Origin: Pseudomonadota bacterium
GTDB taxonomy: Bacteria > Pseudomonadota > Alphaproteobacteria > Rhodospirillales > Casp-alpha2
Reading direction: 5' to 3'
Length of the DNA: 64,000 bases
NCBI GenBank assembly: GCA_036337015.1
Contig: JAYZEZ010000007.1
Coordinates: forward strand, 553,413-617,412
Each line of letters starts with the position of its first letter. The first letter of the stretch is position 1. This document shows, piece by piece, positions 10,697 through 19,923 of the stretch. The notes under the pieces are model-generated. The model searched no databases. It saw only the letters and a list, made by a program, of their open reading frames with translations, and was not told where the DNA came from. A program made the translations under genes and the position numbers.

Positions 10697-11710
10697 TTAT
10701 AAGTAATTACTTTTTTGAAAATTAAACAACGGATTTAAAATGGCGTCGAGTGGCCTATCATCCACCCAGTCCAAGGACATGGTCAAAACTGATATTGTTT
10801 CCAAGTCCTTAGGCAAAAGCCTTGTGGCATCCTTTTCAGTTGTAACAAGTTGAGCATTGGAGCTTTTTGCCTCTTTTCGAAGATTGTCTAAATCATGTTT
10901 TGTGAAAAAATAATGATCTGAAAAAGAAAAAGTTGATGCAACCCTAAAACCAAATTTACGTAAAGCTTGAAAAAATTTTTCTGGGTAAGCAATACCGGCA
11001 AAAGCAACAATAGGATTTTTACTTAAGGCTTCAGCTTCCGTTCCAAAGAAAGAATTTGCACGAAATACAGGAATTACAAGTCCTCGAGTAGATAGTATTT
11101 CTTTAATTCCTACTTTATCTTGGCCAATAAGAACAATACCATCAGCACGTACCAAAGCAGAGCTTAGCGATTCGCGCAAGGGGCCCGCAGGAAAAATATG
11201 TCCATTACCAAATCCAAGCTCTCCATCAATAACTAATAAGGATAAATCTTTAAAAACCGTTGGATTCTGAAATCCATCGTCCATAATAATGACATCTGGA
11301 ATCACCCCTTCAATACCAGCAGAAGCCGCTGCTACTCCATCGGAACGTACTTTTGCAATCCAAACCGAGGCTACTCGCGCTAGCATGATGGCTTCGTCCC
11401 CTACATCCTCAGCAGTGTGTGTTTCTATATTTACAGGTATAGGTCCTTGTAATCTTCCACCATAACCCCTTGTCAAGAAACAAACAGTTCGCCCATCCGC
11501 AATTAGGCGCCTTGCTATATTGATAGCCACAGGAGTTTTTCCGGCGCCACCTGTTACAAAATTACCTATACAGATTAGCGGAACAGAATATTTTGCAGGC
11601 CGGACCAATAGAAAGCGGGCCCTTACTATGAGTCCGTAACACCACCCAATTGGAACGAATGGCCATTTCAAGATACTACCTTTCTTTTTCCAAAATTCAG
11701 GTATTTTCAC
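10697..11710 (-). CDS. lpxK: tetraacyldisaccharide 4'-kinase
   Basis: PEFWKKKG N-terminus and P-loop GNFVTGGAGKTP. GTG at 11710 is preferred; the ORF-track start at 11770 would overlap waaA by 74 nt. Confidence 0.9.
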   Translation of the reverse strand: MKIPEFWKKKGSILKWPFVPIGWCYGLIVRARFLLVRPAKYSVPLICIGNFVTGGAGKTPVAINIARRLIADGRTVCFLTRGYGGRLQGPIPVNIETHTAEDVGDEAIMLARVASVWIAKVRSDGVAAASAGIEGVIPDVIIMDDGFQNPTVFKDLSLLVIDGELGFGNGHIFPAGPLRESLSSALVRADGIVLIGQDKVGIKEILSTRGLVIPVFRANSFFGTEAEALSKNPIVAFAGIAYPEKFFQALRKFGFRVASTFSFSDHYFFTKHDLDNLRKEAKSSNAQLVTTEKDATRLLPKDLETISVLTMSLDWVDDRPLDAILNPLFNFQKSNYL

Positions 11711-12992
11711 TTGAACTATCCTTAAAACTAAATTTTTCAATAAAAGGAACCAATTCTGTGAACACTGCATCTAAAGCTACAGATTCATTAGCAGCAAATA
11801 CTTTTGCTGAAGCAGCCATCCGTTCACAATATAATTTATCGCCAAGCAAACCTTGAATTGAAGTTAATAGTTCTTCAGTATCTTGTACCTGTATCGCTGC
11901 ATTCGCTTTTTTCATTCGAATTGAAACATCCTCAAAATTCATCATGTGTGGGCCATAAACAATTGCACAGCCCAACCTAGCAGCTTCTAACGGATTTTGA
12001 CCCCCAAATGGCACCAAGGATTTACCAATAAAAACAACATTTGCTATTCTAAAAAACAAACCCATTTCACCAATTGTATCTGCTATATAGAATTCAGTTG
12101 AAGACTTTATCGAATCTCCATTTGAACGCAAAGCGACAGAAATGCCCCGCTGCCTAATTTGAACAGCAATTTTTTTTCCCCGCTTTGGGTTTCGCGGAAC
12201 AATTATCGTCAAAAGCCCTACATTTGAGCCTTTTAAACCCTGATGTATCTGTACACTAATATCTTCTTCCCCAGCGTGAGTGCTAGCTGCTAACCAGATA
12301 GGCCTACTACCAATCTTATTTGTCAATTCTAAAAGCTCGCTCCTATCAAAAGGTAGTAAAAAACTAGAAAATTTTAGGTTTCCAACATATTTAGTAGTTT
12401 TAGATCCCAATTGGCGTAATCGCCACACATCAACATCTGATTGCCCCAAACATAAATCAAAACAACTAAGCAACTTCTTAATCAAGCTTTTAAAATTACC
12501 CCAACCAGCGAAAGACTTTAGAGAAACGCGCCCATTTACAAGAACCATTGGAATTTTACGATTTGCTGTTTCTGTAATCATGTTAGGCCAAAATTCAGAC
12601 TCTGCCCATAAAGCAAGGTCCGGGCGCCAATGATCAAGAAACCGCCTAACAAATAACGTTTGATCAATTGGAGCAAATTGATGAAATGTTCTTTCCGGAA
12701 GCCTCTCTTCCATCATTTGGGCTGATGTAACTGTTCCAGTAGTAACAAGAATATTAATTTTTTTACTCTCCCCTATTAGTCGTCCAATTAATGGTAACAT
12801 AGATAGGGATTCGCCAATACTTGCCGCATGAACCCAAATTAAATTTCCATCAGGTCGCCCAATACTAGGATGGCCAAACCGTTCCTTAAATCTAGTAGTA
12901 TCTTCCTTGCCACTAAATCTTCGAAAGTGAATATAAAACCAGATTAAGGGTGCACCGAGAAGCAAAAGCCCACGGTACAAAAATAGCATCAT
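11697..12992 (-). CDS. waaA: 3-deoxy-D-manno-octulosonic acid (Kdo) transferase
   Basis: 431 aa. N-terminal TM segment, IWVHAASIGE motif and a GT30 family body. Confidence 0.93.
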   Translation of the reverse strand: MMLFLYRGLLLLGAPLIWFYIHFRRFSGKEDTTRFKERFGHPSIGRPDGNLIWVHAASIGESLSMLPLIGRLIGESKKINILVTTGTVTSAQMMEERLPERTFHQFAPIDQTLFVRRFLDHWRPDLALWAESEFWPNMITETANRKIPMVLVNGRVSLKSFAGWGNFKSLIKKLLSCFDLCLGQSDVDVWRLRQLGSKTTKYVGNLKFSSFLLPFDRSELLELTNKIGSRPIWLAASTHAGEEDISVQIHQGLKGSNVGLLTIIVPRNPKRGKKIAVQIRQRGISVALRSNGDSIKSSTEFYIADTIGEMGLFFRIANVVFIGKSLVPFGGQNPLEAARLGCAIVYGPHMMNFEDVSIRMKKANAAIQVQDTEELLTSIQGLLGDKLYCERMAASAKVFAANESVALDAVFTELVPFIEKFSFKDSSSENT

Positions 12993-13711
12993 GAAGCGCC
13001 GCCTTCACCCTCTCTAAGGGCAGCTGGCTCTACTAAAGGACGATCTGTCAAACGATCCGCTTCAGCAGTTACATAATTTAATGCAGCTTCAACCTTACAA
13101 CGTAACTGTTCTTCTTCTTCTGGGACCACTGATCGATCAATATGAATAGGACTTCCCCATACTAAAACCCGGCGTCCAAAAGGCCTTGCAAGAAGAAATT
13201 TGTCCCAAGATGATAGGTGACGCCCATTCGTACTGCCAATTGCTACAGGAATTATGGGTGCACCTGACAATCTTGCAACATTGATTATTCCACTACTAGC
13301 TCTCATACGGGGTCCACGAGGACCATCTGGCACAATCCCCACGTAGTTACCATTTTTTAAGGTTTTAATTAATGCGCGAAATGCATTTGCACCACCTTGG
13401 CTTGAAGATCCAGCTACAGTTTTTATGCCAAATCTACTAACAACCTCAGAGCTAAACTGCCCGTCACGATGTTGGGACATTAAAACATAAATACTTTTAT
13501 TTGTTTTCCAACAGAATGGCATCATCAAAATTCTTCCATGCCAAAAAGCTAGTATAAACGGCTTGCCTTTTTTCCAGAACCCCTCTGGTATGCCGCCACC
13601 TACAACTTCCCATGTACCGGTAAAATAAACTAAACGTATATACTGTGCGGCCAACCAGCTAAGAGTACGATGAACTGTTGTTAACTTAAGAATTTTTTTT
13701 AATGGTTTCAC
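12989..13711 (-). CDS. DUF374 domain protein (lysophospholipid acyltransferase-like)
   Basis: ILAFWHGRILMMP and VPDGPRGPR motifs. 4-nt overlap with the waaA start, in the usual alphaproteobacterial position upstream of waaA. Confidence 0.85.
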   Translation of the reverse strand: MKPLKKILKLTTVHRTLSWLAAQYIRLVYFTGTWEVVGGGIPEGFWKKGKPFILAFWHGRILMMPFCWKTNKSIYVLMSQHRDGQFSSEVVSRFGIKTVAGSSSQGGANAFRALIKTLKNGNYVGIVPDGPRGPRMRASSGIINVARLSGAPIIPVAIGSTNGRHLSSWDKFLLARPFGRRVLVWGSPIHIDRSVVPEEEEQLRCKVEAALNYVTAEADRLTDRPLVEPAALREGEGGAS

Positions 13712-13734
13712 TCAGAGAATTTCCTTTTTGTTCT

Positions 13735-15597
13735 TCAAGCGCCAATTATTAGGTCCTCATCTTTAGATGAAGCCTCTTCGGAAAATTGCAAATTATACAA
13801 TCGATGATAAACACCAGACTGAGACATCAAAGTATCATGATCACCTTTTTCAATAACACGACCGTCATCAATGACATATATTAAGTCAGCACTAATCACG
13901 GTGGACAGTCTATGGGCAATCACTAGTGTTGTCCTTCCCGCCATCAATTTTAAAAGTGCATCCTGTACTTGACGTTCAGACTTAGTATCTAAGGACGATG
14001 TTGCCTCATCTAGAAGAAGAACTGGCGCGTTCTTTAGCATCGCACGTGCAATAGCCAAACGTTGGCGTTGACCACCTGAAAGTTTAATACCTTGCTCACC
14101 AACAATAGTGTCATAACCCTCTGGCAGTTCTTTAATAAAATTATGGGCCGCAGCATTACGTGCCGCTTCAACAATTTCTTCTTCAGAAGCTCCAGCTTTA
14201 CCATATCTTATATTTGCACGGACTGTGTCATCAAAAAGAGTTATTTCCTGGCTGACCAGAGCCACATTGCCAAAAAGAGAAGAAAAAGAAATATCACGAA
14301 CGTCCATACTATCAATATAAACACACCCTTTCTCAACATCGTAGAAACGTGGAATTAAATTTAGAATTGTTGTTTTCCCGGCTCCGGATGCACCGACTAA
14401 AGCCACTCTTTTTCCTGCAGGAACCTCAAGCGTAATTCCTTTAAGTGCCGAATTGCCTTTTGTATATGAAAAATGAACACCCTCAAGACATATGTGCCCC
14501 TTCACCGTTGTAAGTTTAACCGCATCAGGTTTTTCCATGATCGCGGGTTGAGTGTCTATTAGAGAAAACAATCTTTGTGCGCCTGCGAGTCCTTCTTGAA
14601 GGCTCGAGTTAAGATTAACGAGTCGCTTCATTGGCTCATATGCCAACAACAAAGCCATAATAAATGAGAAAAAAGCACCTGAAGTTGTTTCTCCAGCTAT
14701 TACTCGATGTCCGCCATAAATAATGACTATGCAAACAGCTAATCCACCCATAGCCTCCATAATTGGACTGGCTCGAGATCGTGTTCGTACAGATTTAAGA
14801 TTTAATTTAAATATTCGTTCAACAATTTTTCCAATTCTATTTTTTTCATAATCTTCCATACCATAGGCTTTTATTACTCTAATGCCCTGAAAACACTGCT
14901 CAAGCAAAGTTGTAAATATACCCATTTCTTCTTGGGTGTTGACTGTCACTTTGCGCATCCTACGTCCGAGCGTTAATATTGGAATCGCCACCAAAGGGAA
15001 TACTACAACTGAAATTGTCGCCAACTGCCAATCCTTAAGAAACATAACGCCAACTAAACCCAGGAATGATAATAAATCTTTCCCAAATCCAGTTAAAACA
15101 TTGGATACCGCGACACGCATCTGATTAATATCAACGGTAAATCGGGAGATCAAACCGCCTGTCGGATTGTTGTGAAAAAAACTAATATCCATTTTAGCTA
15201 GGTGTGAAAATAATCGATTCTGATTATCGGCAATTATTCTAAATCCAACAAAGCTCATCAGTACAGATTGGGCGTAACTAGCCCCACCTTTTACAATAAA
15301 GGTAACAAATACAGCTAAACCTAACGGCCAAAGCATAGAACGGTTTTCACCAATAAAAACCTCATTGACAACCGGTTCCATGAGCCAAGCACTAAACGCT
15401 GTTGCCGCTGCCATTAATGCCATAAATATTACCGCAAGAAGCAGCCAGCCAAAATAAGGCCTGATACTTTCTCGCCATAAGCGCAGCATTAAAACATGTG
15501 TGGAGATATGCTGCTCTGGTATTTGATCAATTATTGTATTCAAATTCTGGAAGTCCGTTCCTAACGAAGCGGAAACTAACATACAGTAATGTCCCAC
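13735..15597 (-). CDS. ABC exporter, fused permease/ATPase (MsbA-like lipid A flippase candidate)
   Basis: Six-TM exporter domain plus a canonical NBD (GASGAGKTT, LSGGQRQRLAIARA, LLLDEATSSLD, IAHRLST). The start is uncertain; internal ATGs lie at 15582 and 15489. Confidence 0.85.
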   Translation of the reverse strand: MGHYCMLVSASLGTDFQNLNTIIDQIPEQHISTHVLMLRLWRESIRPYFGWLLLAVIFMALMAAATAFSAWLMEPVVNEVFIGENRSMLWPLGLAVFVTFIVKGGASYAQSVLMSFVGFRIIADNQNRLFSHLAKMDISFFHNNPTGGLISRFTVDINQMRVAVSNVLTGFGKDLLSFLGLVGVMFLKDWQLATISVVVFPLVAIPILTLGRRMRKVTVNTQEEMGIFTTLLEQCFQGIRVIKAYGMEDYEKNRIGKIVERIFKLNLKSVRTRSRASPIMEAMGGLAVCIVIIYGGHRVIAGETTSGAFFSFIMALLLAYEPMKRLVNLNSSLQEGLAGAQRLFSLIDTQPAIMEKPDAVKLTTVKGHICLEGVHFSYTKGNSALKGITLEVPAGKRVALVGASGAGKTTILNLIPRFYDVEKGCVYIDSMDVRDISFSSLFGNVALVSQEITLFDDTVRANIRYGKAGASEEEIVEAARNAAAHNFIKELPEGYDTIVGEQGIKLSGGQRQRLAIARAMLKNAPVLLLDEATSSLDTKSERQVQDALLKLMAGRTTLVIAHRLSTVISADLIYVIDDGRVIEKGDHDTLMSQSGVYHRLYNLQFSEEASSKDEDLIIGA

Positions 15598-15617
15598 GCC
15601 AACGTTTGGCTAAAAAT

Positions 15618-16964
15618 TTAACGACCCGCGACAGTCATTCCCTCAATCCTTATTGTAGGTGCATTTGTACCATAACGAAATTCCAAATCATTTGCTGCTG
15701 TAAGATTAGAAAACATATCCTTTAAATTGCCAGCTATAGTCAACTCACTTACTGGGTATGAAATTTCACCATTTTTTATCCAAAACCCGCTAGCGCCCCG
15801 ACTATAGTCCCCAGTAATTCCATTAATACCAAAACCCATCATTTCAGTAATATATAAACCATCTTGAATATCAGCTATCAAATTTTCTGGCGTTACAACA
15901 CCGGCTTCAAGATATAGATTTGTTGCAGAAGGAGATGGCGGTGAAGAAGTACCGCGAGAGGCATGTCCTGTTGTCTTCAAGCCCAATTGTCTTGCAGATC
16001 GCGTGTCCATTATCCAGCTGTTTAATACCCCATTTTTAATTAAATTTAACCGTTTCGTACTCACACCTTCACCATCAAAACTTTTTGAACGCAAGCCACG
16101 AATACGATGTGGGTCATCAACAATATTAATTCTATCAGAAAACAATTTCTGCCCCAATTTGTCTTTTAAAAAAGTGGTGCCACGAGCAACAGAACTACCA
16201 TTAACAGAATTTGCCAAATGCCCAACTATGGAATTAGATACCCTTGGGCTATAAACTACTGGCACTTGTGCTGAAGAAGCTTTTTTTGGATTTAGCCTTC
16301 GTACAGCCATTTCTCCTGCACGTCTTCCTATAACTGCAGGAGAAGAAAGGTCCTCACCATAAACCGTGCTTTCAAAGTCATAATCGCGTTCCATGGACGT
16401 ACCCTCTCCAGCAAGAACCGAAACGCTGATAGAATGACGTGAGCCAGAACGAGCTTGACTAAATCCATTTGAGCCAACAATTGCGACTCGTGTCATACCC
16501 CAACTTGCTTCTGCTCCTTCAGAATTAGTGATCCCAGACACGGCACGAGCTGCATCCTCGGCTTCGGCACCACGGGCAAACAATGTCTCAGCATTAGGTT
16601 CTTTTGCATCACAAACATCGAGGTTGGGAAATTTAGTAGCCAACCACTTGTCTTCAGCAAGTCCGCAGTAGGGGTCTTCAGGTACTGATTTTGCCATTAT
16701 TATACAACGTTCTACAAGCTCGTCCATTGCTGCATAAGATATATCTGAAGACGAAACCATAGCTTGGCGCGGGCCTATTAGGACCCGCAACCCCATTTCA
16801 GAATTCTCTGATCGACTAAGGTTTTCTCGTTTTCCAAGCCTATGGCTCAAGGAAAGAGAAACGCTTTCTACAAACACACTATCGGCAGCTTCTGCTCCAG
16901 AGGAGAGGGCCTTGCTAATCAAATCATCCAAGAAGGGTAATGTTTCATTTAATTCTTTCATCAA
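15618..16964 (-). CDS. pmbA: TldD/PmbA family protein, PmbA (TldE) type
   Basis: 448 aa with TldD/PmbA family architecture but no HExxxH motif. C-terminal GDYSRGASGFWIKNGE. Confidence 0.88.
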   Translation of the reverse strand: MMKELNETLPFLDDLISKALSSGAEAADSVFVESVSLSLSHRLGKRENLSRSENSEMGLRVLIGPRQAMVSSSDISYAAMDELVERCIIMAKSVPEDPYCGLAEDKWLATKFPNLDVCDAKEPNAETLFARGAEAEDAARAVSGITNSEGAEASWGMTRVAIVGSNGFSQARSGSRHSISVSVLAGEGTSMERDYDFESTVYGEDLSSPAVIGRRAGEMAVRRLNPKKASSAQVPVVYSPRVSNSIVGHLANSVNGSSVARGTTFLKDKLGQKLFSDRINIVDDPHRIRGLRSKSFDGEGVSTKRLNLIKNGVLNSWIMDTRSARQLGLKTTGHASRGTSSPPSPSATNLYLEAGVVTPENLIADIQDGLYITEMMGFGINGITGDYSRGASGFWIKNGEISYPVSELTIAGNLKDMFSNLTAANDLEFRYGTNAPTIRIEGMTVAGR

Positions 16965-16992
16965 TTTTTATCCAAAAAACTTTATTAGAAAA

Positions 16993-18198
16993 TCACTTTT
17001 TCCTAAAAGCCTTATCAATATCTTCCTTAACATCTTCAACATCTTCCAATCCTAAGGAAAGCCTAACTAAACCATCAGAAATACATAATAAGTTTCTCTC
17101 CTCAGGTGTAAGTTTTTGATGGGTTGTTGTAGCTGGGTGAGTTATCAAACTTTTTGAATCGCCAAGATTATTTGAAATATCTATTAAGTCTAAACCATTT
17201 AGAAATTTAAAAGCACCTTTTTTCCCTCCAGCTATCTCGAAAGAGACGATTGTCCCACCGCCCATCATTTGTCTCATTGCAAGATCATGATGAGGATGAC
17301 TTTTAAGGCCAGGATAAAAAACCTTCAAAACCTTTTTATGCTCGCTTAAAAATACTGATAACTCGCGGGCATTTTCTGAAAGCTTTGCCACTCTGAGCTC
17401 GATAGTTTCAAGACCTTTCAGCATCACCCAAGCATTAAAAGGACTAAGTGATGGTCCTGTATGTCGCAAAAACGGAATAAGTGCGTTTTCAAAAAAATTA
17501 TTATCGTTTGTCAAAATAGCCCCGCCCATCGTACGGCCCTGCCCGTCAATGTGCTTGGTTGTTGAATACATGACGATGTCCGCACCTAATTCTAGTGGAC
17601 GCTGTAAAATTGGTGTTGCAAACACATTATCTATTATGACAAGGGCCCCAACATTATGCGCTAAGTCACAAACTGCTTTAATGTCAATAATTTCAAGACA
17701 TGGATTAGAAGGAGTTTCTAAAAACACACACTTTGTTTTCTTTGACAAAGCATCTTTCCATCCCTCTAGATTTGTACCATCTACAAAAACGCTTTCAACC
17801 CCGTATTTCGGCAATATTTCCTTGATTACATGAAGGCACGATCCAAACAACGCCCGCGATGCAACCACTCTATCTCCAGCTTGAAGCTGGCAAGCTAGGG
17901 AGGCAAACATTGCCGACATACCAGAAGATGTTGTTATACAGTATTTAGAGCCTTCTAGCAGTGCCAAGCGTTCCTCAAACATAGATAGAGTAGGATTGGC
18001 ATAACGCGAATACATGTAACGTTCAATGTCACCATTGAAGGCCTTTTCAGCTTCTTCGGGAGTGTTATAGACGTAACCAGAAGTTAAATACAAACCTTCA
18101 CTGGTTTCACAATATGGAGAACGTTCGGTGCCACCTCTTACTAAACGAGTAGACTGGCGCCATTGCCCCGGATCTATTGTTTTTCCATTCATAGACAA
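16993..18198 (-). CDS. metZ: O-succinylhomoserine sulfhydrylase
   Basis: Cys/Met-metabolism PLP enzyme. WRQSTRLVRGG N-terminus and the PLP-lysine context YSTTKHIDGQG. A SAM-II riboswitch lies upstream. Confidence 0.88.
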   Translation of the reverse strand: MSMNGKTIDPGQWRQSTRLVRGGTERSPYCETSEGLYLTSGYVYNTPEEAEKAFNGDIERYMYSRYANPTLSMFEERLALLEGSKYCITTSSGMSAMFASLACQLQAGDRVVASRALFGSCLHVIKEILPKYGVESVFVDGTNLEGWKDALSKKTKCVFLETPSNPCLEIIDIKAVCDLAHNVGALVIIDNVFATPILQRPLELGADIVMYSTTKHIDGQGRTMGGAILTNDNNFFENALIPFLRHTGPSLSPFNAWVMLKGLETIELRVAKLSENARELSVFLSEHKKVLKVFYPGLKSHPHHDLAMRQMMGGGTIVSFEIAGGKKGAFKFLNGLDLIDISNNLGDSKSLITHPATTTHQKLTPEERNLLCISDGLVRLSLGLEDVEDVKEDIDKAFRKK

Positions 18199-18225
18199 TT
18201 CCTTAGTTGCCTTCAGTCCAGCATT

Positions 18226-18253
18226 AAAAAAACCCTAGCTGTATTGGCCAGGG
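18226..18253 (-). terminator. intrinsic terminator-like hairpin, the probable expression platform of the metZ riboswitch
   Basis: On the minus strand: CCCTGG, a 9-nt loop, CTAGGG (6 bp including one G-U), then TTTTTTT. It lies between the aptamer and the metZ Shine-Dalgarno (AAGGA, 7 nt before the ATG). Confidence 0.55.
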
Positions 18254-18264
18254 CTATAAAAGCT

Positions 18265-18325
18265 CCGACCTTTTAGCGTTCTTTTTATCGTGGACGCAAG
18301 CCGGCCGACCAAATCACCACGTAAC
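18265..18325 (-). promoter_or_regulatory. SAM-II (metA-type, SAM-alpha) riboswitch aptamer
   Basis: Minus strand reads ACGUGGUGAUUUGGUCGGCCGGCUUGCGUCCACGAUAAAAAGAACGCUAAAAGG. P1 is CGUGG/CCACG, the loop carries UGAUUUGG...GGCUUGC, and the 3' tail carries AAAG...GCUAAAA as in the SAM-II consensus as I recall it. Located in the 5' leader of metZ. Confidence 0.7.
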
Positions 18326-18490
18326 TTTCGAGAATAAAGCTCTTTCAAAATAGAAACGTCAAGTATTAAATGAACTACCATTACGTCTAAAGCCCAAAAC
18401 AGATAGTCTTTATTTCCATTAGTATATTATATAGTTACAACATAGCCCATTTACAAAAATCTTAAAAAATACAATGCGAGGAAATTTTTT

Positions 18491-19921
18491 ATGAATGAAA
18501 TTAGTTCAACTGATGAATTGTTTTTTACACGTGCTGGATTAGATAGAGCTCGTGTTCAAAATATAGTCGATAATTCCTTGTTGAAAACAGACGATGGTGA
18601 ACTCTTTCTTGAATACACTCAAACTGAAGAAATTGTTTTTGATGATGGTCAGATTAAAAGTGCAGCTTTTGACACCTCACAAGGTTTCGGACTTCGCGCC
18701 ATTTCAGGCGAAATCACAGGCTATTCCCAAGCCTCAGAAATCAGCGAACCCGCTATAGAACGCGCAGGCAATACCGTTAAGTCAGTGTGCATCGGAAGGG
18801 GAGAAAATTTTACATCACCTCCTAAAACAAACAAAAACCTTTATCAAGAAGATAACCCATTGAATTTGGTGGAATTTGAAATAAAGGTGGATTTGATGAC
18901 TAAGATAGATGCCTATGCCAGAAGCCAAGATGAACGGGTGGCACAAGTTACCGCCTCACTATCAGGTAATTGGCAGGCTGTAGAAATAATTCGAGCAGGA
19001 GGAGAAACGGCATCTGATATACGCCCTTTAGTACGACTTAATATTTCTATAGTTGTTGAAAAAAGCGGTCGAATGGAAGCAGGTTCGTACGGCATTGGTG
19101 GGCGTGTTACATATGATCAGTTCTTCGAAGAAAAAGCGTGGAAAGCTGCTGTTGATGAAGCAATACGCCAAGCTACGATAAATCTTGAATCAATACCAGC
19201 TCCTGCTGGTGAAATGCCAGTGGTTTTGGGATCTGGTTGGCCTGGCATACTATTACATGAAGCTATCGGACATGGACTTGAGGGTGACTTCAACCGTAAA
19301 AAAACCTCAGCATTTGCCGGTCTTTTAGGACAACAAATAGCTGCGCGTGGTGTAACTGTTGTTGATGATGGTACAATCGAAAACAGACGTGGATCGCTTA
19401 CTATAGATGATGAGGGAACTCCCAGTGAAAACACAGTTTTAATCGAAGATGGTATACTGGTAGGGTATATGCAAGACCGAATGAATGCGCGATTGATGGG
19501 AACAAATTGCACTGGCAATGGGCGAAGAGAAAGCTACGCACACGCGCCTATACCTAGGATGACTAATACATATATGCTTTCCGGTGATAAGGATCCAGCA
19601 GAAATTATCCAATCTACTAAAAATGGCATTTATGCTGTAAGCTTTGGAGGCGGTCAGGTTGATATCACCTCTGGTAAATTTGTCTTTTCTTGCACCGAAG
19701 CATACCTCATTGAAAATGGAAAAATAGGTCCCCCCGTTAAAGGTGCAACTTTAATAGGAAACGGACCTGATGTATTAACACGTGTTTCTATGATTGGTAA
19801 TGACTTGCAAATGGACCCCGGAATTGGAACTTGTGGGAAAGATGGTCAAGGCGTTCCAGTTGGCGTTGGTCAACCAACATTGAAAATAGAGAATCTAACT
19901 GTGGGCGGCACTGAAGTCTAA
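18491..19921 (+). CDS. tldD: metalloprotease TldD
   Basis: HEAIGHGLE zinc motif and TldD/PmbA family body, 476 aa. GAGGA Shine-Dalgarno upstream. Confidence 0.93.
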   Translation: MNEISSTDELFFTRAGLDRARVQNIVDNSLLKTDDGELFLEYTQTEEIVFDDGQIKSAAFDTSQGFGLRAISGEITGYSQASEISEPAIERAGNTVKSVCIGRGENFTSPPKTNKNLYQEDNPLNLVEFEIKVDLMTKIDAYARSQDERVAQVTASLSGNWQAVEIIRAGGETASDIRPLVRLNISIVVEKSGRMEAGSYGIGGRVTYDQFFEEKAWKAAVDEAIRQATINLESIPAPAGEMPVVLGSGWPGILLHEAIGHGLEGDFNRKKTSAFAGLLGQQIAARGVTVVDDGTIENRRGSLTIDDEGTPSENTVLIEDGILVGYMQDRMNARLMGTNCTGNGRRESYAHAPIPRMTNTYMLSGDKDPAEIIQSTKNGIYAVSFGGGQVDITSGKFVFSCTEAYLIENGKIGPPVKGATLIGNGPDVLTRVSMIGNDLQMDPGIGTCGKDGQGVPVGVGQPTLKIENLTVGGTEV

Positions 19922-19923
19922 AT

